DNA of 64,000 bases from Alphaproteobacteria bacterium. Its GTDB lineage: Bacteria; Pseudomonadota; Alphaproteobacteria; MPNO01. Below, in pieces: positions 1 through 8,342 of the stretch. The translations under genes were made by a program, and so were the position numbers. Under the pieces are notes generated by a model. It ran no database searches. It was not told the DNA's origin and saw nothing but the letters and a program-made list of their open reading frames with translations. Positions within the stretch are counted from its first letter, which is position 1, and each line of letters begins with the position of its first letter. The DNA is taken from contig CBDFLJ010000001.1 in assembly GCA_965248835.1 (NCBI GenBank), positions 2,208,001 through 2,272,000 of the forward strand, written 5' to 3'.

Positions 1-1
1 C

Positions 2-943
2 AGCTCCGGCGCCGAGCAGGATCTGCGCGATGCGATCCTGGACGACCCGTCGATCCTGGGCCAGCGCCGGTCGATCTGGTTGACCGCCTCGGACCAGGTC
101 GACATGCTCATGAAGGGCAATATCGACCGCAAGCTGCCCCAAACCGAACGCCCGGTGAACGACAAGCAGATCGCATGGATCGACAAGCTGGAGTCCACCG
201 GCGGGGTGGAGCAACGGTTCAACAAGCGGTTCTTCTCCGCCGGCGCCTCACGCGAGCCGGAGCTTGCCGGCATCTGGGGTGCCGTGGTGGGATCGCTGTT
301 CACGATGCTGGTCACGCTGCTCCTGGCGTTCCCGATCGGTGTCTCCGCAGCGGTCTATCTCGAGGAGTTCGCGCCGCAGAACCGCTGGACCGACTTCATC
401 GAGGTCAATATCAACAACCTCGCCGCCGTGCCCTCGATCGTTTTCGGGCTTCTCGGGCTGGCGGTGTTCCTCAACGTCTTCGGGGTGCCGCGCTCCGCCC
501 CGCTAGCCGGCGGCATGGTGCTGGCGCTGATGACGCTGCCCACCATCATCATCGCCACGCGCGCGGCGCTCAATGCGGTGCCGCCCTCGATCCGCGAGGC
601 GGCGCTCGGGGTGGGCGCGTCCAAGTTCCAGGTCGTCAACCACCACGTGCTGCCGCTGGCGCTGCCCGGCATCCTCACCGGGACGATCATCGGCATGGCC
701 CAGGCGCTCGGCGAGACCGCCCCGCTGCTGATGATCGGCATGGTCGCCTTCATCGTCGACATTCCGACCAGCCCGGTCAGTGCAGCCACCGTCCTGCCAG
801 TGCAGATCTTCCTGTGGAGCGACATGCCCGAACGGGCCTTCGTCGAGAAGACCAGCGCCGCGATCATGGTGCTGCTGGCGTTCCTGGTCATCATGAACGC
901 CTTGGCCATCTTCCTCAGGCGTCGTTTCGAGCGCCGCTGGTAG
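2..943 (+). CDS. pstA: Phosphate ABC transporter permease PstA (5' end outside window)
   Basis: Frame is open from position 2; motifs NINNLAAVPSIVFG, EAALGVGAS and GETAPL; lies upstream of pstB. Confidence 0.95.
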   Translation, partial: SSGAEQDLRDAILDDPSILGQRRSIWLTASDQVDMLMKGNIDRKLPQTERPVNDKQIAWIDKLESTGGVEQRFNKRFFSAGASREPELAGIWGAVVGSLFTMLVTLLLAFPIGVSAAVYLEEFAPQNRWTDFIEVNINNLAAVPSIVFGLLGLAVFLNVFGVPRSAPLAGGMVLALMTLPTIIIATRAALNAVPPSIREAALGVGASKFQVVNHHVLPLALPGILTGTIIGMAQALGETAPLLMIGMVAFIVDIPTSPVSAATVLPVQIFLWSDMPERAFVEKTSAAIMVLLAFLVIMNALAIFLRRRFERRW

Positions 944-971
944 GCAGGAAATGCATGGGGGGCGGTGAGGA

Positions 972-1805
972 ATGAACGATTTGAGCGCGACGGCGAAGCT
1001 CGACTACGGCGCGGATGCGGCCAGCCATGCGGAGCGTCGAAACGCGCCGGCCGTCAAGGTCGAGGCACGCCAAGTCTGCGTCTTCTACGACGACAAGCAG
1101 GCACTCGTTGATGTCGACATCGACATCCCCGAGAATCGGGTCACAGCCCTGATCGGGCCTTCGGGCTGCGGCAAGTCGACGTTCCTGCGCTGCATCAACC
1201 GCATGAACGACGTCATCGACGGCTGCCGCGTCACCGGCACGATCCTGATCGACAGCGTCGACGTCTATGACAGATCCCTCGACGTCGTGCAGCTCCGCGC
1301 CCGGATCGGCATGGTCTTTCAGAAGCCCAACCCGTTTCCCAAGTCGATCTTCGACAACGTCGCCTACGGGCCGCGGATCCACGGCCTGGCCGCGACCCGC
1401 GGCGAGCTCGACGACATCGTCCATTACAGCCTGGAGCGCGCCGGGCTGCTGGAGGAGGTCAAGGACCGGCTGATGGAATCGGGCACCGGCCTGTCCGGCG
1501 GCCAGCAGCAGCGCCTGTGCATCGCCCGCGCGATCGCGATCAGCCCGGAGGTAATTCTGATGGACGAGCCCTGCTCGTCGCTCGATCCGATCGCAACGGC
1601 GCGGATCGAGGAGTTGATCGACGAGTTGCGCGAGAACTTCACCATTGTGATCGTCACCCACTCGATGCAGCAGGCGGCCCGGGTCTCCCAGAAAACCGCC
1701 TTCTTCCATCTCGGCAACCTCATCGAGGTCGGCGCGACCGAGGAGATCTTCACCAACCCCAAGGATGACCGCACCCAGGGTTACATCACCGGGCGGTTCG
1801 GCTGA
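972..1805 (+). CDS. pstB: Phosphate ABC transporter ATP-binding protein
   Basis: [34 protein letters not shown]-terminal YITGRFG. Confidence 0.97.
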   Translation: MNDLSATAKLDYGADAASHAERRNAPAVKVEARQVCVFYDDKQALVDVDIDIPENRVTALIGPSGCGKSTFLRCINRMNDVIDGCRVTGTILIDSVDVYDRSLDVVQLRARIGMVFQKPNPFPKSIFDNVAYGPRIHGLAATRGELDDIVHYSLERAGLLEEVKDRLMESGTGLSGGQQQRLCIARAIAISPEVILMDEPCSSLDPIATARIEELIDELRENFTIVIVTHSMQQAARVSQKTAFFHLGNLIEVGATEEIFTNPKDDRTQGYITGRFG

Positions 1806-1866
1806 GGCGATGACCGTTACGCGCGCTTCGGGATCCGAGCAGCTAGACGTTTGAAAGGATCGGGCA

Positions 1867-2583
1867 ATGGACGCCGAGCACATCGTCAAGTCCTACGACG
1901 AGGAGCTCAAGGACCTCAACGACACCATCGCGCGGATGGGCGGGCTGACCGAGGTCCAGATCGCGCGCGCCATCGAGGCCCTGGTCAATCGCGACCCCGA
2001 CCTCGCCAAGCGGGTGGCCGACAGCGACGAAGAGGTCGATGAGCTCAACCACGAGATCGACATCAAGGCGACCCGGATTCTGGCGCTGCGCCAGCCGATG
2101 GCGCTGGACCTGCGCAACGCGGTCGGGGTGCTCAAAATCGCCTCCGATCTGGAGCGCATCGCCGATTACGCGGCCAACATCGCCCGGCGCTCGATCGCAT
2201 TGTCCGAGGTCGCTCCGGTGCGGCCGGCCCATTCCATCCCCCGCATGGGCCGGCTCGTCCAGCAGATGATCAAGGACGTGCTCGACGCCTATATCGAGCG
2301 CAACGCCGACAAGGCGATGGTGGTGTGGACCTCCGACCGCGAGGTCGACGAGATGTACACCTCGCTGTTCCGCGAGCTCCTGACCTACATGATGGAAGAC
2401 CCGCGCAGCATCACGCCCTGCACCCACCTTCTGTTCATCGCCAAGCACATCGAGCGCATGGGCGATCACGTCACCAACGTCGCCGAGACAATCCATTTTC
2501 TGGTCCACGGCACGCGCATGCGCGCCGCGCGCCCGCGCGGCAGGACCAGGGACCACGAGATCCACCATGACGAGCGCTGCTGA
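1867..2583 (+). CDS. phoU: Phosphate signalling protein PhoU
   Basis: Two PhoU repeats (DLERIAD, IERMGDH); operon position. Confidence 0.96.
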   Translation: MDAEHIVKSYDEELKDLNDTIARMGGLTEVQIARAIEALVNRDPDLAKRVADSDEEVDELNHEIDIKATRILALRQPMALDLRNAVGVLKIASDLERIADYAANIARRSIALSEVAPVRPAHSIPRMGRLVQQMIKDVLDAYIERNADKAMVVWTSDREVDEMYTSLFRELLTYMMEDPRSITPCTHLLFIAKHIERMGDHVTNVAETIHFLVHGTRMRAARPRGRTRDHEIHHDERC

Positions 2584-2601
2584 ACCGGCAATTGAGGCCC
2601 C

Positions 2602-3306
2602 ATGAAACCGGTCATCCTTCTGGTCGATGACGAGGCCGCTCTGGTCTCGCTGTTGAGCTACAACCTCGAGCGCGCCGGCTTCGACGTGCTCAGCGCGCCC
2701 GACGGCGAAGAGGCCCTGATGGTCCTCGCCGAGCGTCAGGTCGACCTGGTGCTGCTCGACTGGATGATGCCCTATATGAGCGGCATCGAGGTCTGCCGCC
2801 AGCTCCGGCGCCGACCCGCCACGCGGAATATCCCGATCATCATCCTGACCGCCCGCGCCGATGAGACCGACCGGGTGCGCGGGCTGAACACCGGGGCGGA
2901 CGACTATGTCTCCAAGCCGTTTTCGACCGAGGAGCTGATCGCGCGCATCCATGCCGTGTTGCGGCGCGTCCGCCCGGCGCTGGCCGACGAGCGCCTGGAC
3001 TATGGCGGGATCGAGATGGATCTCACCGCCCACCGGGTGACCCGGCACGGCCGCGGCGTCCGGCTCGGCCCGACCGAGTTCCGCCTGCTACGCTACTTCA
3101 TGGAGCATCCCGGCCGGGTGTTCTCGCGCAACCAGCTCATCGATGTCGTCTGGGGCCACGACATCTATGTCGACAGCCGGACAGTCGACGTCCATATCCG
3201 ACGGCTGAGAAAGGCGCTCAACGAAGACGGCGAGGACGATCTGATCCGAACCGTGCGCTCGGCCGGCTACGCACTCGAAGCACCCAACGCCGCGCGCGCC
3301 GTCTGA
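2602..3306 (+). CDS. phoB: Phosphate regulon response regulator PhoB
   Basis: Receiver (LLDWMMP) plus winged helix (RTVDVHIRRLR, RTVRSAGY); follows phoU. Confidence 0.96.
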   Translation: MKPVILLVDDEAALVSLLSYNLERAGFDVLSAPDGEEALMVLAERQVDLVLLDWMMPYMSGIEVCRQLRRRPATRNIPIIILTARADETDRVRGLNTGADDYVSKPFSTEELIARIHAVLRRVRPALADERLDYGGIEMDLTAHRVTRHGRGVRLGPTEFRLLRYFMEHPGRVFSRNQLIDVVWGHDIYVDSRTVDVHIRRLRKALNEDGEDDLIRTVRSAGYALEAPNAARAV

Positions 3307-3337
3307 CCGGTCGCCGGACGGCTTGCTTACCGCCCGG

Positions 3338-3649
3338 CTACTCCGGCAGCGGTGGGACCGCGTACATTTGTGCCTGGGCGATCAGGACGCCGACATCGAC
3401 CTGGGCGCGCAGATCGGGCTCCCGTCCATTCAAGGCGCAATATTTCCGGAGCACGGAGTCGAAGGCTTGATCGAACCTGCCGGTGTCGCGATAGGTCCGC
3501 TCATAGATGCCCTTGAGGATCCGGAAATCGTCCGAACGGATCTCCAGGCTTCCACCGCCCCGTCGCTTGCCGAGGAACAGCGGTCCGTGCGGCGCGGTGA
3601 AGAATGCCTCGCGTGCCGGCGCGGCCGTGTCTGCGCGTTCATACCCCAT
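3338..3649 (-). CDS. Small hypothetical protein
   Basis: 103-aa ORF with GGAGA RBS, co-oriented downstream of the aquaporin; no motif recognised. Confidence 0.45.
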   Translation of the reverse strand: MGYERADTAAPAREAFFTAPHGPLFLGKRRGGGSLEIRSDDFRILKGIYERTYRDTGRFDQAFDSVLRKYCALNGREPDLRAQVDVGVLIAQAQMYAVPPLPE

Positions 3650-3703
3650 GGCCGTTCTCCGTGCCTTCGAGCCCGCCTTTGCCGTAAAGACGCACCGGGT
3701 CGG

Positions 3704-4435
3704 TCAAGCCGCTGGCGGGCGAGACCGGGGCGATCGCGCCGCGGTCGCGGACCCCTCGGTCCCGGACTCCCGTGCCGGCTTGGTCAGCCAGCCGAAGACC
3801 ACCGTGGCAACGATCGCGCCCAACAACTCCGCGGCGATAAAGGCCGGCGTGTCGACCGGCCGGATCCCCGAGAAGCTATCGGTGAACATCCGGGCGATCG
3901 CGACCGCCGGGTTGGCGAACGACGTCGAGGAGGTGAACCAATAGCCGGCCGAGATGAACAGCCCCACCGCGTAAGGCACCGCCGCGGGCCGCGCGCGCAG
4001 ACACCCGAGGATCGTTGCGACGAGCCCGAAGGCGGCAACGAATTCGGCGAGCCATTGGCCGGCACCGGTTCGCACGTTGGTGGAGGCGGCAAGCGGCGCA
4101 AGGTCGAACATCAGGTGCGCGATCACCACCCCGCACACCCCGCCGACGAGTTGTGCAAGCACATACAAGCCGGCGTCTCTTTGGCTCAGTGCGCGTTTCA
4201 GCGTGAAGGCGAGCGTGACCGCCGGGTTGAAATGGGCACCCGAAATGTCGCCGAAGACCAGGATGAGAACGATCAGGATCGCGCCGGTCGCCAGCGTGTT
4301 GGCCAGCAGCGCGATCGCGGCGTTCCCATCGGCCAGCCGCTCGCCCATGATCCCCGATCCGACCACGGTCGCGACCAGGAATGCGGTGCCGAGCCACTTG
4401 GCGAACAGGCGGGCCGGCAGGGAGAACCGTGCCAT
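3704..4435 (-). CDS. MIP/aquaglyceroporin, AqpS-like arsenite channel
   Basis: SGAHFNPAVT and SFANPA NPA motifs; directly downstream of arsC. Confidence 0.9.
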   Translation of the reverse strand: MARFSLPARLFAKWLGTAFLVATVVGSGIMGERLADGNAAIALLANTLATGAILIVLILVFGDISGAHFNPAVTLAFTLKRALSQRDAGLYVLAQLVGGVCGVVIAHLMFDLAPLAASTNVRTGAGQWLAEFVAAFGLVATILGCLRARPAAVPYAVGLFISAGYWFTSSTSFANPAVAIARMFTDSFSGIRPVDTPAFIAAELLGAIVATVVFGWLTKPARESGTEGSATAARSPRSRPPAA

Positions 4436-4441
4436 GAGGGT

Positions 4442-4951
4442 CTAGACGCGCACGGGCGGTTTCTGACCGATCTCGTCGAGGCGCTTCTGCAGGCTCAGCC
4501 TGTCCAGCGATTCCATCGGGAGATTGACGAAAATATCGATCCGATTGCCGATCTGGCGGTAGATGTCCGAGAAGTGGGCCGAGGTCCCGGCTTCGGTCCC
4601 AACGAAGGAAGCGGGATCGGGGAACCCCCAATGGGCGGTCATCGGCTGGCCCGGCCATACCGGGCAGACCTCGCCCGCGGCGCCGTCGCAGACCGTGATC
4701 ACGAAGTCGAGCGGCGGCGAGGCCGCGGTTGCGAATTCCTCCCAGCTCTTCGAGCGCAGGTTCCCGGTGGGGTGGTTGAGCCGGCGCAGCAGCTCGAGCG
4801 TGTGCCGGTTGATCGCGCCGGTCGGGCGGCTGCCGGCGCTGTAGGCCTTGAAGCGGCCGCCGCCCAGCCGATCGAGGATCGCCTCGGCCATCACGCTGCG
4901 CGCCGAATTCCCGGTACACAGGAACAGCACGTTATGGATCTTGCTCGCCAC
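4442..4951 (-). CDS. arsC: Arsenate reductase ArsC (LMW-PTP fold)
   Basis: LFLCTGNSARS P-loop, ITVCD, CPVWPG, HWGFPDPA; GTG start at 4951 chosen from the RBS. Confidence 0.9.
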   Translation of the reverse strand: MASKIHNVLFLCTGNSARSVMAEAILDRLGGGRFKAYSAGSRPTGAINRHTLELLRRLNHPTGNLRSKSWEEFATAASPPLDFVITVCDGAAGEVCPVWPGQPMTAHWGFPDPASFVGTEAGTSAHFSDIYRQIGNRIDIFVNLPMESLDRLSLQKRLDEIGQKPPVRV

Positions 4952-5291
4952 GACCGCCGCATTCCCCTGTTGACCCGTCCGGATACATCGCTGGCCGAAG
5001 CTTGTCCTCCCTTTGTCCGGCGAGCGAGGGTGTTCGCCTGAATCAACCATGTCATTGTTACAGCCAGATGACGGCGCTTTGGCATTCCCGGGACCGGGCG
5101 GCATTGCCGCGCCGATGCCGGTCTCGGACCGGCGCAGCAGGCGGCGGCGCGGCGAATGCATCTTCGAGGGATTCGGGTGCGGATTTCGCGCGCCGAAGAC
5201 TATGCCGGAACGCTTGCGCGCTTGTTAGGCGTCGCAATCAGCGGCGGCCACGCTATGACATCTTGCAGCAGGTTCCGTGACCTCGGCAGCA

Positions 5292-5378
5292 TGGTGCGGG
5301 CGGTGAGACTCGAACTCACACCTCCTTGCGGAGAACGGCTTTTGAGGCCGCCGCGTCTACCGATTCCGCCACGCCCGC
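5292..5378 (-). tRNA. tRNA-Leu(CAA)
   Basis: Reverse complement reads GCGGGCGTGGCGGAATCGGTAGACGC...CTCAAAA...long variable arm...GTTCGAGTC...GCCCGCACCA. Confidence 0.96.
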
Positions 5379-5403
5379 TTCAAGGCATCAGGATGCGTAA
5401 GGC

Positions 5404-5434
5404 ATTGTGTAAGGCTGCCCCGACGCGGTGTCAA
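5404..5434 (-). promoter_or_regulatory. Probable sigma70 promoter of tRNA-Leu
   Basis: TTGACA at 5434-5429 with a TACACAAT -10-like element about 17 bp downstream. Confidence 0.5.
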
Positions 5435-5522
5435 ACGCCAACATGTTCATATATTTGTCTTTTCCCGTGTCCGTTTGAACAGATTTTCGGGGTTGTGTGA
5501 CCTTGAGTGGTACAGGAGCTGC

Positions 5523-5578
5523 GGTAACCGGCTTGTCGCCGCCAGACTCTCGGCAGGCGCGGCGACAAGCCGGTTACC
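5523..5578. repeat. Perfect 20-bp inverted repeat (hairpin, 16-nt loop)
   Basis: GGTAACCGGCTTGTCGCCGC ... GCGGCGACAAGCCGGTTACC. Confidence 0.85.
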
Positions 5579-5736
5579 CACAGCTACCAGAGGCTCCAAC
5601 AACTCTTACACCACGCTGGCGCACCTTCGGTGCTAACCCGTTGAGGTAGGGTCGTTTTTCTCTCCCGTCGAAGCCGGCCAGGAACGGATTCTGCAACTGT
5701 CTGTTCCCCGGCTGCAACCGAAACCGGGAGACATAG

Positions 5737-6858
5737 ATGCCCCACCTTACCCTCACCGAGGCCCGCGTCAGGGCGCTCACGCGCCGCAAGGCCGCCTACG
5801 ACATCCGCGACGGCCAGCTCAGGGGCTTCGGCGTCCGGGTGCTGCACTCGGGTCGGAAACGTTTCTTCGTCCACTGCCAGCATCGCGGAGAACGCGTCTG
5901 GAAGATCATTGGCGACGCCGGGACCATAACCGTGACAGAGGCGCGATCCCGTGCCGCCGAAATGCTTGCAGCAATCCGGCGGGGCGAGGACGCACCCTGC
6001 CGGCCCGACGAAACGCTCTTCGAGGCCGTCGCCGAGACCGTGTTCGAGCGCTACGCGCGGGTCTGGAAGGCCGGGACGCTTTATGTCAACCGGAGCTATC
6101 TCCGCAATCAGCTCCTGCCGCGCTTCGCGGGGCGCGCCATCGCCGATATCGACCCTGAGGACGTCCGCAAGTGGTTCGCCTCCCTGCGCGCGACGCCGGT
6201 CGCGGCCGACAGGTCCATGCCGGTTCTGTCCGTCATCATGAGAGAAGCGGAACGGATGGGCCTTCGCCCGGAGGGGTCCAACCCCTGCCGGGGCATCCGG
6301 CGCTATCGCCGGAAGGGGCGCGAGCGCTTCCTGTCGGACGACGAGATCCGCCGGGTCTCCGCCAGGCTGTCGGCGCATCAGCCTGCACAACCGCAACAGG
6401 TCGCCGCCATCCGGCTCCTTCTCCTGACGGGGTGCCGCAAGAGCGAAATCCTGACCCTGCGCTGGTCCGATTACCGCGAGGGACATCTCTTCCTGCGCGA
6501 TAGCAAGACCGGACCCCGAACCGTCTGGCTGTCGCAGCCGGCCAGGCGCATCCTCGACATGCTGGGGCGGACGAGCCCATGGGTCTTTCCGGCGTCGCGA
6601 ACGAACCGCCCCCGGAGCACGCAGTGGCTGCACAACTTCTGGCGCCGTCTCCGTAGGGAGACGGAGCTGTGCGATGTGCGTCTTCACGATTTGCGCCATA
6701 CCCATGCGAGCCTTGCACTGAGACAGGGCGAAACCGTCCTGGCGATCGGCAGGCTGCTCGGTCACCGGAATCCGGAGACGACGCTCAAATACACGCATCT
6801 GGCCGACACAATGGTTCGCGAAGCTGCCGAGACGGTCGGCGCCGTGCTGGAGGGCTGA
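5737..6858 (+). CDS. Tyrosine recombinase 1 (arm-binding domain plus catalytic domain)
   Basis: GFGVRV arm domain; GCRKSEI, LHDLRH, LGH, KYTH catalytic residues. Confidence 0.93.
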   Translation: MPHLTLTEARVRALTRRKAAYDIRDGQLRGFGVRVLHSGRKRFFVHCQHRGERVWKIIGDAGTITVTEARSRAAEMLAAIRRGEDAPCRPDETLFEAVAETVFERYARVWKAGTLYVNRSYLRNQLLPRFAGRAIADIDPEDVRKWFASLRATPVAADRSMPVLSVIMREAERMGLRPEGSNPCRGIRRYRRKGRERFLSDDEIRRVSARLSAHQPAQPQQVAAIRLLLLTGCRKSEILTLRWSDYREGHLFLRDSKTGPRTVWLSQPARRILDMLGRTSPWVFPASRTNRPRSTQWLHNFWRRLRRETELCDVRLHDLRHTHASLALRQGETVLAIGRLLGHRNPETTLKYTHLADTMVREAAETVGAVLEG

Positions 6859-6861
6859 GGC

Positions 6862-8010
6862 ATGGCAAGCAAGGAACGCATGCGGCTTAGCGACGCCGCC
6901 GTCGCCCGCCATCGCCCCCGCGAGCGGGAATATACGGTCTGGGACACGCGCATTGCCGGTCTCGGCGTCCGGGTTCGACCGTCCGGTGGGCGGAGTTGGA
7001 TATTCCTGCACAAGACCGGCGGTGGGACTCGCAGGATATTCCTCGGTCAGGCGGAGCTGAAGACAGTCGAGGAGGTTCGCCGCGAGTGCCATGCGCTCGC
7101 GGCGGAACTCGGGAGCGAGGACAAGCCGGACAAGATCCGCCATGCTGTCCCGTCGTTCCGGGACTTCGTCGCCGGCACATGGAAAGAGGCCCATTGCGAC
7201 CGCTACAAGCCGTCAACCCAAAGGGGCGTGCGATCCATCCTTGCCGGGCAACTGCTGCCCGCCTTCGGATCGAAACCGCTGGACCGCATATCCCCGACAC
7301 AGGTCAGGCGCTGGTTCGACATATACAGCCGAACCGCCCCGGGCGGCGCCAACCGTGCTCTCGACCTTCTCCGGCAGATCATGAACGTCGCGGTTGCCTG
7401 CAGCCATATCGACACCAACCCGGCGCGCGGCGTCAAAAGGAACCGGCGCGCGGCGCTCACGCGGTTCCTGTCGCGCGAGGAGATCGCCCGCCTGCACCGG
7501 GTGCTGGACAGGCAAACCCGAAAGAGCAGCCGGCAGCAGGCCGACGTCATCCGTCTCCTGCTTCTGACCGGGTGCCGCAAGGGCGAAATCCTCCGCCTGC
7601 GCTGGTCCGCGGTCCAAGACGACATCCTTGTGTTGGCGGACAGCAAAACCGGGCCGAGAACGGTTCCTCTCAATACACAGGCCCGGCGCATCCTCGAACG
7701 CCAGCCGCGAGGCGCGAGCTCTTTCGTGTTTCCATCGCCGCGTGACCTGGCCCGGCCACGTGGTCCCAACCTCCCGCTCTGGTATCCGGTCCGGCGGGAA
7801 GCCGGCATCGAGGATGTTCGCCTTCACGACCTGCGCCATACCCATGCGAGCCACGCGGTGATGAACGGCGTGCCGGTGCCGGTCGTCTCGCGCCTGCTCG
7901 GTCACAGCAATGTGCGTATGACGCTGCGCTACGCCCATCTTGGGGACCGGGAAATCGAGGCGGCGGCCGAGAGGGTCGGGCAATCCATCGCCGCCATCAT
8001 GGGCATTTGA
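6862..8010 (+). CDS. Tyrosine recombinase 2 (paralog of the upstream gene)
   Basis: GLGVRV; GCRKGEI, LHDLRH, LGH, RYAH; starts 3 bp after recombinase 1. Confidence 0.93.
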   Translation: MASKERMRLSDAAVARHRPREREYTVWDTRIAGLGVRVRPSGGRSWIFLHKTGGGTRRIFLGQAELKTVEEVRRECHALAAELGSEDKPDKIRHAVPSFRDFVAGTWKEAHCDRYKPSTQRGVRSILAGQLLPAFGSKPLDRISPTQVRRWFDIYSRTAPGGANRALDLLRQIMNVAVACSHIDTNPARGVKRNRRAALTRFLSREEIARLHRVLDRQTRKSSRQQADVIRLLLLTGCRKGEILRLRWSAVQDDILVLADSKTGPRTVPLNTQARRILERQPRGASSFVFPSPRDLARPRGPNLPLWYPVRREAGIEDVRLHDLRHTHASHAVMNGVPVPVVSRLLGHSNVRMTLRYAHLGDREIEAAAERVGQSIAAIMGI

Positions 8011-8111
8011 CCGTGCGGTTGCCGGTGTCGATCCAAGCGGTTCCGCGAACCGTTGTGACCAATTGCAAGATGATTGATCGTTTGGTTAGCAGCCTCCGTT
8101 TAACACTCTGC

Positions 8112-8156
8112 CTCATAACCTGAAGGTCGTTGGTTCAAATCCAACCCCCGCAACCA
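8112..8156 (+). repeat. att site A: 3' half of tRNA-Met(CAT)
   Basis: CTCATAACCTGAAGGTCGTTGGTTCAAATCCAACCCCCGCAACCA; no tRNA 5' half upstream. Confidence 0.9.
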
Positions 8157-8159
8157 AAT

Positions 8160-8193
8160 AAAGCCCGTAACTTCAAATAGTTACGGGCTTTTT
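8160..8193 (+). terminator. Intrinsic terminator after att A
   Basis: AAGCCCGTAACT-loop-AGTTACGGGCTT followed by a T run. Confidence 0.85.
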
Positions 8194-8221
8194 CGTTTTG
8201 GCGCGCCAGCGCAATTTATGT

Positions 8222-8253
8222 CCGGGGGAGCACCGGGGGAGCAAGCGGGAGCA
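8222..8253 (+). repeat. Putative integrase arm sites (CCGGGGGAGCA x2 plus a degenerate copy)
   Basis: 11-bp period; same motif at 41189-41210. Confidence 0.75.
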
Positions 8254-8342
8254 TAATCCTGCACGTTTCTGCGCGACACCGCGCACGCCGCCCCGACTGA
8301 GATCGCGACGTTGGCGGCTTACCCGCCGACCTTGGCCAACGT

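Noticed and set aside
5445-5459. LexA box upstream of the recombinase pair
   Set aside because: GTTC-N7-TGTC; the second half-site does not match the consensus
8112-8156. Functional tRNA-Met genes (also 39583-39627 and 41341-41385)
   Set aside because: All three start at the anticodon loop and lack the 5' acceptor strand and D arm
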